A stretch of DNA of 64,000 bases from an uncultured delta proteobacterium (GCA_963814585.1 CAWFDF010000004.1:224001-288000), one strand, 5' to 3'; counted from the stretch's first letter, positions 48,896 to 59,210 are shown. Notes: generated by a model from the letters alone, not told the origin. Translations and numbers: made by a program.

Positions 48896-51800
48896 ATGCG
48901 CTTCACCGATCTCTTCATCAAGCGTCCCGTCATCGCGGTGGTGGTGAGCCTGGCCATCGTCATCGCCGGCCTGCAGGCCATCCGCTCCCTCAACGTCCGG
49001 CAGTACCCGCGCAGCGAGAACGCGGCCATCACCGTGACCACGGTCTACGTCGGAGCCAACGCCGAGCTGGTGCGCGGCTTCATCTCCACGCCCCTGGAGC
49101 GGGTCATCGCCGCCGCCGACGGCATCGACTACATCGAGTCGGAGAGCCGGCAGAACGTCTCGGTGATCCGGGCCAGGCTCCGGCTCGACCAGGACGCCAC
49201 CCGCGCCCTCGCCGAGATCAGCTCCAAGGTCGACCAGGTGCGCGGCGACCTGCCGCCGGAGGCCCAGGTCCCCATCCTCAACATCGAGTCGGCCGACAGC
49301 CAGTTCGCCTCCGCCTACCTGAGCTTCTCCTCGCAGTTCCTCAAGCAGAACGAGATCACCGACTACCTGGTGCGGGTGGTGCAGCCGCGCCTCACCGCGG
49401 TCGAGGGCGTGCAGCGGGCCGACGTGCTCGGCGCCCGCACCTTCGCGATGCGCATCTGGCTCAAGCCCGACCGGCTGGCCGCGCTGGGCGTCAGCCCGGC
49501 GCAGGTGCGCCAGGCGCTGGCCGCCAACAACTACCTGGCCGCGGTGGGGCAGACCAAGGGGGCGCTGGTCCAGGTCAACCTCACCGCCAACACCGACCTG
49601 CGATCGGTGAAGGAGTTCCAGCAGCTGGTGATCCGGGAGCAGGCCGGGTCGCTGGTGCGGCTCGGCGACGTGGCCGACGTGGTGCTGGGGGCCGAGGACT
49701 ACGACACCTCGGTGGCCTTCTCCGGCCAGACCGCGGTCTTCATCGGCATCTGGGCGCTCCCCAACGCCAACTCGCTCGACGTCATCAAGCGCATCCGCGG
49801 CGAGATGGCCTCGATCCAGAAGGAGCTGCCCGAGCAGCTCCAGGCCCGCATCGCCTTCGACGGCACCACCTACATCCGCAGCGCCATCTCCGACGTGGTC
49901 AAGACCCTGGTGGAGACGCTGCTCATCGTGGTGCTGGTGATCTTCCTCTTCCTCGGCTCGGCCCGCTCGGTGCTGGTGCCGGTGGTGGCCATCCCGGTCT
50001 CGCTCATCGGTGCGGTCTTCCTCATGCAGGTCCTCGGCTTCACCGTGAACCTGCTCACGCTGCTGGCCATCGTGCTCTCGGTGGGCCTGGTGGTGGACGA
50101 CGCCATCGTGGTGGTGGAGAACGTGGAGCGGAACATCCGGCTCGGGCTGAAGCCGGTGGAGGCGGCGCTGGTCGGCGCCCGCGAGCTGGTCGGTCCCATC
50201 GTGGCCATGACCATCACGCTGGCGGCCGTCTACGCCCCCATCGCCTTCCAGGGTGGCTTGACCGGGTCGCTCTTCCGCGAGTTCGCGCTGACCCTGGCCG
50301 GCGCGGTGGCCATCTCCGGCGTGGTGGCGCTGACCCTCTCGCCCATGATGTCGGCCAGGCTGCTCCGGGAGGGCCACCAGCCGAGCGGCCTGGCCCTGCT
50401 CCCCACCCGGGCCTTCGAGTGGCTCAAGGCCACCTACTCACGCCACCTCGACGTGGCCCTGGGGATGCGGCCCGTCATCTATGCCGCCTGGGCGGTGGTG
50501 GCGCTGCTGGGGCTGGCCATGTTCAGCCAGTCGCCCAAGGAGCTGGCCCCGGTCGAGGACCAGGGGGTCATCTTCGGCATCGTCAACACGCCGTCCGACT
50601 CCACCCTGGAGCGGGTGGTGGCCTCCACCCGCGAGGTGAACCGCACGGTGATGGAGGTGCCGGAGGGGGCCTACACCTTCCAGGTCACGCTCCCGACCGG
50701 TGGCTTCTGGGGCCTGGCGATGAAGCCCTGGAGCGAGCGGACGCGGAAGACCTCCGCGATCCTGCCCGAGGTCAGCCAGCGGGTGAGCGCCATCCCCGGG
50801 GTCCAGACCTTCCCGGTGCTGCCGCCGGCGCTCCCGGGTGGCGGCACCTTCCCGGTCGAGGTGGTGCTGGCCTCCACCGCCGAGAGCACCGAGATCCTGG
50901 GCTTCGCCAGGCAGCTCCAGGAGAAGGCGGCCCGGAGCGGCCTCTTCGCCTTCCCGCCGCTCATCGACGTCAAGATCGACCAGCCCCAGTCCGAGATCGT
51001 GCTGGATCGCGAGAAGGTGGCGGCCATGGGGCTGAGCCTCCAGCAGGTCGGGCAGGACCTGGCCGCCGCGGTGGGCGGGAACTTCGTCAACCGGTTCTCG
51101 GTGGCGGGGCGCAGCTACAAGGTGATCCCCCAGCTGCTGCGCACCGACCGGCTCAACCCCGACCAGCTCAAGGACCTGCACGTGACCGGCCCGGGCGGGA
51201 AGCTCATCGCCCTCTCCTCGATCGCCACCATCCACGAGCACGTCACGCCGCGATCGCTCAACCGCTTCCAGCAGCTCAACTCGGTCAAGCTGAGCGGCGT
51301 GGCCATCCGCCCGCTCGACGACGCCCTCCGGTTCCTGGAGACCGAGGCGGCCGGGATCCTGCCGGCCGGCTACACGCTCGGGTACACCGGCGAGTCGAGG
51401 CAGCTGCGCACCGAGGGGAACAGGTTCCTCCCGGCCTTCCTGCTGGCGGTGGTCCTGATCTTCCTGGTGCTGGCGGCCCAGTTCAACAGCTTCCGCGACC
51501 CGCTGGTGATCCTGGCCGGGTCGGTGCCGCTCGCCATGTTCGGCGCGCTCGCCTTCACCTTCCTGAAGATGCCCAACCCCAACCTGCACTTCTTCACCGA
51601 CGGCTGGACCACCACCCTCAACATCTACTCGCAGGTGGGGCTGGTGACGCTGGTGGGGCTGGTGGCCAAGAACGGCATCCTCATCGTCGAGTTCGCCAAC
51701 CGGCTGCAGGAGCAGGGGGTGGGCAAGGTCGAGGCGGTGCGGGAGGCGGCGGTGACGCGCCTGCGCCCCATCCTCATGACCAGCGTGGCCACCGTCTGCG

Positions 51801-52000
51801 GCCACTTCCCGCTGACGATGGTGACCGGCCCCGGGGCGGCGGCCCGCAACAGCATCGGCCTGGTGCTGGTGGGCGGCATGGTCATCGGCACCGCCTTCAC
51901 GCTCTTCTTCGTGCCGGCCATCTACGTCCTGGTGGCCCGCGATCACCGCGCCGTGGCGGCCAGGACGCAGCCGGCCGCGCCCCAGCCGGAGGCCGGCTAG
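48896..52000 (+). CDS. RND efflux permease (MexI/MexW-like)
   Basis: MRFTDLFIKRPV, GLVVDDAIVVVEN, KNGILIVEFAN, RLRPILMT. Confidence 0.96.
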   Translation: MRFTDLFIKRPVIAVVVSLAIVIAGLQAIRSLNVRQYPRSENAAITVTTVYVGANAELVRGFISTPLERVIAAADGIDYIESESRQNVSVIRARLRLDQDATRALAEISSKVDQVRGDLPPEAQVPILNIESADSQFASAYLSFSSQFLKQNEITDYLVRVVQPRLTAVEGVQRADVLGARTFAMRIWLKPDRLAALGVSPAQVRQALAANNYLAAVGQTKGALVQVNLTANTDLRSVKEFQQLVIREQAGSLVRLGDVADVVLGAEDYDTSVAFSGQTAVFIGIWALPNANSLDVIKRIRGEMASIQKELPEQLQARIAFDGTTYIRSAISDVVKTLVETLLIVVLVIFLFLGSARSVLVPVVAIPVSLIGAVFLMQVLGFTVNLLTLLAIVLSVGLVVDDAIVVVENVERNIRLGLKPVEAALVGARELVGPIVAMTITLAAVYAPIAFQGGLTGSLFREFALTLAGAVAISGVVALTLSPMMSARLLREGHQPSGLALLPTRAFEWLKATYSRHLDVALGMRPVIYAAWAVVALLGLAMFSQSPKELAPVEDQGVIFGIVNTPSDSTLERVVASTREVNRTVMEVPEGAYTFQVTLPTGGFWGLAMKPWSERTRKTSAILPEVSQRVSAIPGVQTFPVLPPALPGGGTFPVEVVLASTAESTEILGFARQLQEKAARSGLFAFPPLIDVKIDQPQSEIVLDREKVAAMGLSLQQVGQDLAAAVGGNFVNRFSVAGRSYKVIPQLLRTDRLNPDQLKDLHVTGPGGKLIALSSIATIHEHVTPRSLNRFQQLNSVKLSGVAIRPLDDALRFLETEAAGILPAGYTLGYTGESRQLRTEGNRFLPAFLLAVVLIFLVLAAQFNSFRDPLVILAGSVPLAMFGALAFTFLKMPNPNLHFFTDGWTTTLNIYSQVGLVTLVGLVAKNGILIVEFANRLQEQGVGKVEAVREAAVTRLRPILMTSVATVCGHFPLTMVTGPGAAARNSIGLVLVGGMVIGTAFTLFFVPAIYVLVARDHRAVAARTQPAAPQPEAG

Positions 52001-52009
52001 TTCCGAGAC

Positions 52010-52090
52010 CCTCGCCCGCCGCGAGGCGGGCGAGGCCGGGCACCGGGCGGGGCCCCGACGACCGGGCCGCGGAGGCGGGCTGGTGGCCCT
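52010..52090 (+). repeat. Degenerate partial third copy of the structured element
   Basis: cgcgaggc...cga-gccg...cgacgac...gcgggctggtggccc occur in the same order and similar spacing as the first half of copies 1 and 2. Confidence 0.55.
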
Positions 52091-52102
52091 CCGGGCAGCG
52101 CC

Positions 52103-52528
52103 CTACCCCGCCACCACCCGGCGGAAGGCCTCCGGCAGGTGCGCCACCTTCCGCGCCGCGTAGTCGAAGAAGATGATCCCGGTCTTGGCCAGGGCGATCT
52201 CGCGGCCGGTGGCGGAGTCGGTGAAGCGATAGAGCAGGTCGAGGCCGCGAGAGCGGACGTCGGACCAGGCCAGCTCGGCCCGGAGCACCATCCCGTACCG
52301 CCCCTCGGCCCGGTAGACGACGGCGGCGTCGGCGACGACGATGCCGAGGCCGGCGATGTCGAGCTCGCCCCAGCCGTGGCTGGCGAGCCAGCGCACTCGC
52401 GCCTCCTGCGCCAGCGTGAGCACGGCGTCGTTGCCGAGGTGGTTGCCGTAGTTGATGTCCGAGATCCGGATGGGGATCTCGGTGACGAAGGGGAACCGCT
52501 CCGGCAGCTCGATCTCGACGCGGGCCAT
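52103..52528 (-). CDS. Hot-dog fold acyl-CoA thioesterase (4HBT-like)
   Basis: IRISDINYGNHLGND...QEAR, FFDY. Confidence 0.9.
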   Translation of the reverse strand: MARVEIELPERFPFVTEIPIRISDINYGNHLGNDAVLTLAQEARVRWLASHGWGELDIAGLGIVVADAAVVYRAEGRYGMVLRAELAWSDVRSRGLDLLYRFTDSATGREIALAKTGIIFFDYAARKVAHLPEAFRRVVAG

Positions 52529-52539
52529 GGGCGTCCCGC

Positions 52540-52827
52540 TCAGGCCCTGTCGAGGTCCTCGAGCCCGATGTTGGGGAGCCACGGCAGCAGCTCGTACTGG
52601 GCCACCCCGTGCTTCACGAAGGGATCGCCGTCGCGCACCGAGAGCAGCGCGGCGTCGGCGTCGGCCACGCGGAGCAGCAGGGCGCCGCCGAAGCGCGGCT
52701 CGAGCGGCCCGGAGGCCACCAGGATCTTCCTGGCCTTGAGCTCGCGCAGGTAGGCGCGGTGCTCGTCGACCACCCGGAGCACCTCCTCCAGCGGCTTGCG
52801 GTAGCGGATGATGGCGATGGCGTACAT
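52540..52827 (-). CDS. YciI family protein
   Basis: EHRAYL, ASGP, GG, DPF. Confidence 0.9.
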   Translation of the reverse strand: MYAIAIIRYRKPLEEVLRVVDEHRAYLRELKARKILVASGPLEPRFGGALLLRVADADAALLSVRDGDPFVKHGVAQYELLPWLPNIGLEDLDRA

Positions 52828-52862
52828 GGGGGTTCCTCTCGGGTCGGGGGGAGCGGCGACGG

Positions 52863-54158
52863 TCAGGGGGTGGCGGTCGGAAGCGGGCGGGGCGAGGGCG
52901 GGGCGCGGACGGCCCGCAGCCGGGTCACCCGGCGCGGATCCGCATCGCTCACGGTGAGGATCCAGCCGTGCCAGAAGAAGCGGTCGCCCTGGGCGGGGAT
53001 GGCGCCGGCCAGGGCGTTGAGGAAGCCGGCCACGGTCTCGGCGTCGCCATCCTCGGGCACGCTGGCCCCGGTGGCGCGGTTGAACTCGGCGATCGAGGTG
53101 GTCCCGAGCACCGTGAAGCTGCCGTCGGCGTGGGGCTCGACCGCCCGCCCGCCGTCCTCCTCCTCGAACTCGTCGTGGATGTCGCCGACGATCTCCTCGA
53201 GCACGTCCTCGATGGTGCAGAGCCCCATCACGCCACCGAACTCGTCCACCACCAGGGCCATGTGGAGCCGCTTGCGCTGCATCTCCCGCAGCAGCTGCTC
53301 GATGGGCTTCGACCAGGGCACGAAGTGGGCGGGCCGGAGCAGGTCGCGCAGCACGATGAGGTCGGGGTGGGCCAGCATGGGCACCAGGTCCCTGGCGTGC
53401 AGCACGCCGACGATCTGGTCGAGGTGCCCGTGGTAGATGGGCACCCGCGAGTGGCCCTCCTCGGCGAGCCGCCGGATGATCTCGGCGACCGGGGTGTCGA
53501 GCTCCATGGCCTGCACGGCGGGGCGCGGCACCATCACGTCGCGCGCCACCTTCTCGCGGAACTTGAAGACGGCGTGGATCAGCTCGCTGGTCGAGGCCCC
53601 CTGCCCGTGGGCGCGGGCGTACTCGGCCAGCGCCCGCTCCATCTCGGCCAGCGGGGGGCGCGGCAGGGTGAAGCGGGCCTGCCCGCCCGAGATGGCCGCC
53701 ACCAGCCGCCCCAGGGGCCCCAGCCCGAGGCGCAGCCCTCGCGCCGGCACCGCCAGGGCCAGCGCCACGCCCTCCCCGTGGGCGGCGCCCAGGCCGCGCC
53801 CGACCGCCGAGAGCAGCAGCGAGAGCAGCCCGGTGATGAGGACCAGCAGGAGCGCGGCCACGAACGGCGAGCGCTCGGGGAAGACCAGCGCCCCGGCGGT
53901 GGCGGAGAGCAGGCCCGCCAGCACCACCGTGGCGGTCTCGACCACGCGCACCACCGCGCCGGTGCCCTCCGGATCCTCGGCCAGCGCCGCCACGCTGCGC
54001 GCCCGCCGGCCCGCCCTGGGCGCGGCCCCCAGCTCGATGGCCCGGGGCTGGCCGAGCGCCACCAGCGCCGCCTCCAGCGCCGCGGCCAGCGCGCGCAGCA
54101 GCAGCAGGGCGCCGACCGCCGCCAGCGCCTTCAGTGCCAGGCCGACCGAGTCGTCCAC
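52863..54158 (-). CDS. HlyC/CorC (CNNM) family protein with CBS pair
   Basis: N-terminal TM segments, RDVMVPR, GHSRVPIY, VVDEFGG...TIEDVLEEIVGDIHDE, CorC domain; GTG start estimated. Confidence 0.88.
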   Translation of the reverse strand: MDDSVGLALKALAAVGALLLLRALAAALEAALVALGQPRAIELGAAPRAGRRARSVAALAEDPEGTGAVVRVVETATVVLAGLLSATAGALVFPERSPFVAALLLVLITGLLSLLLSAVGRGLGAAHGEGVALALAVPARGLRLGLGPLGRLVAAISGGQARFTLPRPPLAEMERALAEYARAHGQGASTSELIHAVFKFREKVARDVMVPRPAVQAMELDTPVAEIIRRLAEEGHSRVPIYHGHLDQIVGVLHARDLVPMLAHPDLIVLRDLLRPAHFVPWSKPIEQLLREMQRKRLHMALVVDEFGGVMGLCTIEDVLEEIVGDIHDEFEEEDGGRAVEPHADGSFTVLGTTSIAEFNRATGASVPEDGDAETVAGFLNALAGAIPAQGDRFFWHGWILTVSDADPRRVTRLRAVRAPPSPRPLPTATP

Positions 54159-54181
54159 GTGAGTGCCCAGCCCCAGGACGT

Positions 54182-55321
54182 CTAGAAGCTGCCTCCCACG
54201 GCCAGCATAGCGCCTCCGGGGAGGAGCACGGGGACCGCGGTGGTCCGGGTCGCCGGCGGGGCCGCGGCGGCGGCGTCCTGCACCATGGCGGCCACCAGCA
54301 GCCCGCCGGCCGCCAGCGCGCTGGCGCCGGCCACCGCCCAGGAGACGTTGGCGATGGTGGCCTGCTGCTGCGCCTGGTCGTGCAGGTCGACGGCCCGGGT
54401 GCGCACCGTCTCCAGCTGGTACTCGTCGTAGCTCTGGCTGGCCTGGTGGCCGAAGTAGATCCCCGAGCCGGCCGCCGCCACGGCCACGCCCGCCGAGACC
54501 CAGCCCCAGGTCCAGAGGCGGGAGCGCGCCGCCTCGCCCATCAGCTGCACCGGCACCAGCTCGGCGGTGACCGGGACGGTCTGGCCGGCCGGCACCATGA
54601 CGGTGGTCGACCAGCGGACGAAGCCGTCCTTCTGCACCGTGACGGTGTGCGGCCCTTCCAGCACCCGGGGCGCCTCCTTCAGCGGGCTCGCTCCCAGCGA
54701 GCGGCCGTCGAGCGTCACCACCGCCCCGGCCTGGTCGACGGCGACCCGGATCACGCCGGTGGTGTCGAGCCGCTGCCCGGTGGCCGCCTCGTGGCCGAGC
54801 CGCCGCGCCGCGTCCACCAGCTCCCGCTCGGTGGCGTCGAGCAAGGTGGCGGTGACCCGGGCCAGCGTCCGGCTCCTCTTCACGTCGATCACCTTGACGG
54901 TGAGCAGCGAGGTCCGCTCCAGGATGGTGAGCGAGCCGGAGAGGAGCCGGTCCGAGTCGAGCGCGCCGGCCAGCTCGGCCATGCAGCCCTGGTCCTCGGT
55001 GCAGCCCAGCATCTGGCGCGTCCGCTCCAGGCCCAGCATGGCCGCGATGTCGCCCTGCGAGAGCACCTGCAGGTCGGTCGCGGCGGCGGCGCCGCCGGCG
55101 GCGGCGTCGGCGAGCACCCGGGCCAGGTCGGGGTGGGCCGAGCCGGCCAGGGTGAAGTCGAGGACCGCCATCCGGTGCGTGGCCTTGGCCTTGGCCTTCG
55201 GCACGGGTGACGGGGTGGCCGTCCTGGGAACGGGCGGTGGCGGGAGCGGGACGTCGCCGGGCCGCTCCTGCGCCAGGGTGGGGGACGAGACCAGGACCAG
55301 CGCGAGGGCGAGGTGCTTCAT
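54182..55321 (-). CDS. Exported PEGA domain protein
   Basis: Signal peptide, N-terminal alpha/beta domain with C-x5-C, PEGA-like GAVVTLDG...GPHTVTVQKDGF, C-terminal hydrophobic segments ending in Phe. Confidence 0.8.
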   Translation of the reverse strand: MKHLALALVLVSSPTLAQERPGDVPLPPPPVPRTATPSPVPKAKAKATHRMAVLDFTLAGSAHPDLARVLADAAAGGAAAATDLQVLSQGDIAAMLGLERTRQMLGCTEDQGCMAELAGALDSDRLLSGSLTILERTSLLTVKVIDVKRSRTLARVTATLLDATERELVDAARRLGHEAATGQRLDTTGVIRVAVDQAGAVVTLDGRSLGASPLKEAPRVLEGPHTVTVQKDGFVRWSTTVMVPAGQTVPVTAELVPVQLMGEAARSRLWTWGWVSAGVAVAAAGSGIYFGHQASQSYDEYQLETVRTRAVDLHDQAQQQATIANVSWAVAGASALAAGGLLVAAMVQDAAAAAPPATRTTAVPVLLPGGAMLAVGGSF

Positions 55322-56697
55322 GGGCAGGCTCCTCCCGTGGGCGGCTTGCCGGTGACCGTGCTGGTCCCGTCGGGCGTGCAGGTGAAGCCGCAGGCGACCG
55401 GCTCGCAGTAGCTGGCGACGGGCGTGAGGGTCGGATCGCCGGCCCGCAGGGCGCAGTCGACCCCGGCCGCCGGGCCGGGGCAGTGGCAGGCGCCGGCCAC
55501 GCCCGGTCCGGCCAGGCAGGCGGGGGGGAGCCCGGTCTGCGACTCCAGGCCCGCATAGAGGCAGGCGGCGCAGAAGGGGGTGGTGGCCGACACCGGAGGT
55601 GGCACCGGCACCAGCCCCACGCAGGTGCCGTCGGTGCAGGCCAGGCCGCCGCAGTCGCCGCTGACCTGGCACGAGGTCATGGAGGCCAGCAGGGCGGCGT
55701 CGGAGGTGACGTAGGCCGAGCCGACCTCGGCCACCCGGCCCTGCAGCACCACGCCGTACACCGGGGGCGGGCCGACGGTGGGGACGGGCGCGGCGGCGGC
55801 CAGCGGGGCGCCCGGGCCGATCGACCCGGGCCTGGGCAGCGGCGGCGCCGTGGCCGGCGCGATCACGCCGATCGCGTACAGCCCCTCGGGGACCGTCACG
55901 TCCACCGAGCCGTCGGAGGCGGGCGTGATGGGGTTGAGCCCGAGCGGATCGGGCGAGAGGTTGACCGACAGCGAGCTGGCCGGGAGCGACAGCCCGATGG
56001 CCTGGACCCTGAAGCGGAGGCGGCCCGTCGAGGTGGCGGCCCGCGCCGCCACGTTGGCCAGCGTGATGGTCGTCCCTTGCTCGGCCAGCGTGACGTTCAC
56101 CACCACCTGGCCGCCGACCCAGATCCCGTTGAACAGGTCGGTGGCGTGCAGCTTGATGAGGTGCGTCCCCAGCGCCAGCATGGGGAAGCGGAAGGTGACC
56201 GGCGGGGCCGGATCGCCGGGCAAGGCGGTCCCCACCACCAGCGGCGCGGTCTGGCCGCTGGTCTCGTCCACGGCGACCCCGCCGGCGATGGTGTTCCCCG
56301 GCGGGAGCGAGATGCTCCCCTCCACCGCCGCCGAGTAGCGCAGCACCACGTCGCCGAGCTCGATCCCCTCCGGCTGGCCGTCGCTGCCGTAGGCGATGTC
56401 GACGTCGCGCTCCAGGGCCCAGGTGGTGCCGTTGCGGAAGAGGAGTCGGTGCCGGCCCACCGGCAGGTCGAGGACCACGAAGCGTCCATTGGGCCGCGTG
56501 GCCTGGTCGAAGGCCGCCCCCTTGATGGAGACCGCCACGTCGGCCTTGGCCACCGGCGTGCCGCTCCCGGCCACGTCGGCCAGGACGGTGCCGCCGATCT
56601 GGCCGGCGTCGAGCTGCTCGGCGGGGTTGTTGTAGTCGTAGAGGCAGCCGGCGAGCTGCGCGGCGGCCAGCACCACGAGGACACGGTGTGGGTTCAC
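55318..56697 (-). CDS. Lipoprotein with carboxypeptidase-regulatory-like beta-sandwich domains and Cys-rich C-terminus
   Basis: AAGGAG Shine-Dalgarno before GTG 56697, lipobox LAGC, NGRFVVLDLPVG, 14 Cys in the last ~120 aa; ATGA-coupled to the PEGA gene. Confidence 0.78.
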   Translation of the reverse strand: MNPHRVLVVLAAAQLAGCLYDYNNPAEQLDAGQIGGTVLADVAGSGTPVAKADVAVSIKGAAFDQATRPNGRFVVLDLPVGRHRLLFRNGTTWALERDVDIAYGSDGQPEGIELGDVVLRYSAAVEGSISLPPGNTIAGGVAVDETSGQTAPLVVGTALPGDPAPPVTFRFPMLALGTHLIKLHATDLFNGIWVGGQVVVNVTLAEQGTTITLANVAARAATSTGRLRFRVQAIGLSLPASSLSVNLSPDPLGLNPITPASDGSVDVTVPEGLYAIGVIAPATAPPLPRPGSIGPGAPLAAAAPVPTVGPPPVYGVVLQGRVAEVGSAYVTSDAALLASMTSCQVSGDCGGLACTDGTCVGLVPVPPPVSATTPFCAACLYAGLESQTGLPPACLAGPGVAGACHCPGPAAGVDCALRAGDPTLTPVASYCEPVACGFTCTPDGTSTVTGKPPTGGACP

Positions 56698-56745
56698 GCG
56701 AGCACTCCTTGCGGGGGCCATCGTGCTGGGAGCATATCCATTGTC

Positions 56746-57411
56746 ATGGCGGCGATCGACCTGAGGGGACCTAGCGGGAGGCTGGAGGCGCTGCTCGAGG
56801 AAGTGGCCAGCCCCCGCTTCACGGCGGTGGTCTGCCACCCCCACCCCCTCCTGGGCGGCAGCATGCACACCCACGCCGTCCACCGGATGGCCAGGGCCGT
56901 CCGGCTGGCGGGCGGGGTCTCGCTGCGCTTCAACTACCGGGGGGTGGGGCTGAGCGCCGGCCGGTACGACCGCGGCGTGGGCGAGGCCGACGACGCCGGG
57001 GCCGCCCTCGCCTTCCTGGCCGCCCGCCACCCCGGGAGGCCGCGGCTCTGCTGCGGCTTCTCCTTCGGCGCCTTCGCGGCGCTGGCCGCCGGGCCGCGCG
57101 ATCCCGGGGTGCTCGGCCTGCTGCTGGCCGGGCTGCCGCTGGCGCCGGTCGCCGACCTGCCGCGCGACCTCGGGCCGCTGCGCGCCCTCCCGCTCCCGGT
57201 GGCGGTGGTCCAGGCCGAGCTCGACCAGTTCGGGGCGCCGGAGCAGGTCCGCACGGCGCTGGAGGGCTCGGAAGGGCCGCGGCGGCTGGCCGTGGTGAGG
57301 CGCGCCACCCACCTCTTCACCGAGGCGCTCGACGACCTGCAGCTGGAGGCCGAGGCGGCCGCGGGCTGGCTGCTCGACGCCGGCGCGGCGCGCGCGGAGC
57401 TCCGCCGGTAG
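56746..57411 (+). CDS. Alpha/beta hydrolase
   Basis: GPSGRLE, CHPHPLLGGSM, RFNYRGVG, GFSFG nucleophile elbow, HLF. Confidence 0.9.
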   Translation: MAAIDLRGPSGRLEALLEEVASPRFTAVVCHPHPLLGGSMHTHAVHRMARAVRLAGGVSLRFNYRGVGLSAGRYDRGVGEADDAGAALAFLAARHPGRPRLCCGFSFGAFAALAAGPRDPGVLGLLLAGLPLAPVADLPRDLGPLRALPLPVAVVQAELDQFGAPEQVRTALEGSEGPRRLAVVRRATHLFTEALDDLQLEAEAAAGWLLDAGAARAELRR

Positions 57412-57443
57412 TCCCGGGCCAGCCGCGGCGGGCGCAGGCGCGA

Positions 57444-57830
57444 TCAGTGGTGGACGCCGGCCGGGGCGGTGATCTCGCCGGCGAAGCGGCGGACATGGGC
57501 CAGCAGGTCGTCGAGGCGGAAGGGCTTGGCCAGGACGGCGGAGACCTCGATGTCCGGGTCGTGGCCGAGCGCCGTCACCACCACCACCGGGATGTCGGCC
57601 AGGTCCGGGTCCTCCCGCTGCACCGCCCGGAACTCCCAGCCGCTCATGCCGGGCATCATCAGGTCGAGCAGGATGAGCGTGGGGCCGAAGCTCCGGCACA
57701 GGACCAGCCCCTCGAGCCCATCGCGCGCCCGGGCGACCTGGTATCCCGCGTACTCGAGCGCGTCGCCGACGACCTCGCGGATGTCGGAGTCGTCGTCGAT
57801 GAGGAGGATGCGGGCCACGCCCATCTCCAT
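57444..57830 (-). CDS. Single-domain response regulator
   Basis: ILLIDDD, LILLDLMMPGMSG, VTA, AKPF. Confidence 0.94.
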   Translation of the reverse strand: MEMGVARILLIDDDSDIREVVGDALEYAGYQVARARDGLEGLVLCRSFGPTLILLDLMMPGMSGWEFRAVQREDPDLADIPVVVVTALGHDPDIEVSAVLAKPFRLDDLLAHVRRFAGEITAPAGVHH

Positions 57831-57890
57831 ACGGGAAGTGCCGGCCGGCCGCCACGCCCCGGCCGGGCAGCGATGGGGAGCCAGGCCGCG

Positions 57891-59210
57891 TCAACCGCCC
57901 GAGAACTGGACGCCTTCGAAGACCAGCGTCGGGGAACGGAGGGACGAATATGGGTAGGGGTCGTCGCCGACGGCCACCAGCCGGTGCCAGAGCTCGCGGT
58001 GGTTGCCGGAGACGTTCATCTCGCCCACCGGCTCGGCCACCTGCCCGCCGCGGAGGCGGAAGCCGCGCACCCCGAGGGAGAAGTCGCCGGTGGTGCCGTT
58101 GGAGTTGCCGCCGAGGAAGCCGGTGACCAGCACCCCCTCGCCCACCCCGGCCAGCAGCGCCGCGCGCGGGCGATCGCCGCAGCGCCAGAGCAGGTTGGAC
58201 GGCCGGCCGCTGGTCGGCGGCAGCCCCAGCTTCCGGCCGTAGTAGGTGTCGAGGAACCAGCCGGCCAGCACGCCCCGCTCCACCACCGGGCGCGGCCGCG
58301 CCGCCAGCCCCTCGCCGTCGAAGTGACGCGAGCCGAACCCGCGGGGGACCAGCGGATCGTCGCGCAGGTCGAGGAGGGGGCTGCCGATGGCCTGGCCGAC
58401 CCGACCCTCGAGGAAGGAGCGCTGCTGCTGCAGCGGCGCCCCGTGCATGGGGCCGAGCAGCTGCCCCACCAGCTTGCCGGCGACGCGCGCCTCCACCACC
58501 ATCGGCAGCACCGCCGACTCGCCGCGGGTGGCGCCGAGGCGGGAGAGGGCCCGCTCGGCGGCGCGGCGCCCGACGACCCCGGCCGGCTCGAGGGCGACGA
58601 AGAAGCGGCTGCCGCTGGCGGCCGAGGCCTCGGGGCGGCGGCCGTCGGGATCCCGCACCGTCACGTCGGCGGAGAGCCAGAAGTCGGTGCCGCGCTTCAC
58701 CCCCTCGAAGCCGTTGGTGGCGAAGGAGGCCCCCTCGCTGGCCCCGTCCCAGGCGCCGGTGGAGACCGACAGGATCTTCTCGCCACCCGGCACCTCCCGA
58801 GCCCCCGCCTCCAGCGCCTCGGCCAGCCGCCGGCGCGTCGCCGCGTCCAGGTCCGGCTGCGAGGGGTCCTCCAGCTCGAGGTCGACGTCGGCGCGACCCA
58901 GGTAGAGCCCGGGGTCCGGGAGGCGCCGGTGCGGGTCGGGGGCCAGCGCGCGGGCCAGCGCCACCGCCTCGGCGGCGAAGGCGTCGAGGGCCTCGGGCCG
59001 CAGATCGCTGGTGGAGACGGCGGCGTAGCGACCGCCGGCGTAGACCTCCAGCCCCAGCCCGCGCGTGGTGGCCTCGGAGATCCGCTCCAGCCGCCCGTCG
59101 CGCCAGGCCACCTCGACCTGGCGGGACCGGAAGGCCCCGGTGGCCGCCTCGTCGGCGCCGTGGCGCCGCGCCCGCAGCGCCGCCTCCCGCGCGATCTCGA
59201 GCAGCGTCAC
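57891..59210 (-). CDS. pmbA: PmbA/TldE family protein
   Basis: SFL...DDP...SRHFDGEG, GGNSNGTTGDFSLG, EMNVSGN; no HExxxH; GTGA-coupled to tldD. Confidence 0.85.
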   Translation of the reverse strand: MTLLEIAREAALRARRHGADEAATGAFRSRQVEVAWRDGRLERISEATTRGLGLEVYAGGRYAAVSTSDLRPEALDAFAAEAVALARALAPDPHRRLPDPGLYLGRADVDLELEDPSQPDLDAATRRRLAEALEAGAREVPGGEKILSVSTGAWDGASEGASFATNGFEGVKRGTDFWLSADVTVRDPDGRRPEASAASGSRFFVALEPAGVVGRRAAERALSRLGATRGESAVLPMVVEARVAGKLVGQLLGPMHGAPLQQQRSFLEGRVGQAIGSPLLDLRDDPLVPRGFGSRHFDGEGLAARPRPVVERGVLAGWFLDTYYGRKLGLPPTSGRPSNLLWRCGDRPRAALLAGVGEGVLVTGFLGGNSNGTTGDFSLGVRGFRLRGGQVAEPVGEMNVSGNHRELWHRLVAVGDDPYPYSSLRSPTLVFEGVQFSGG

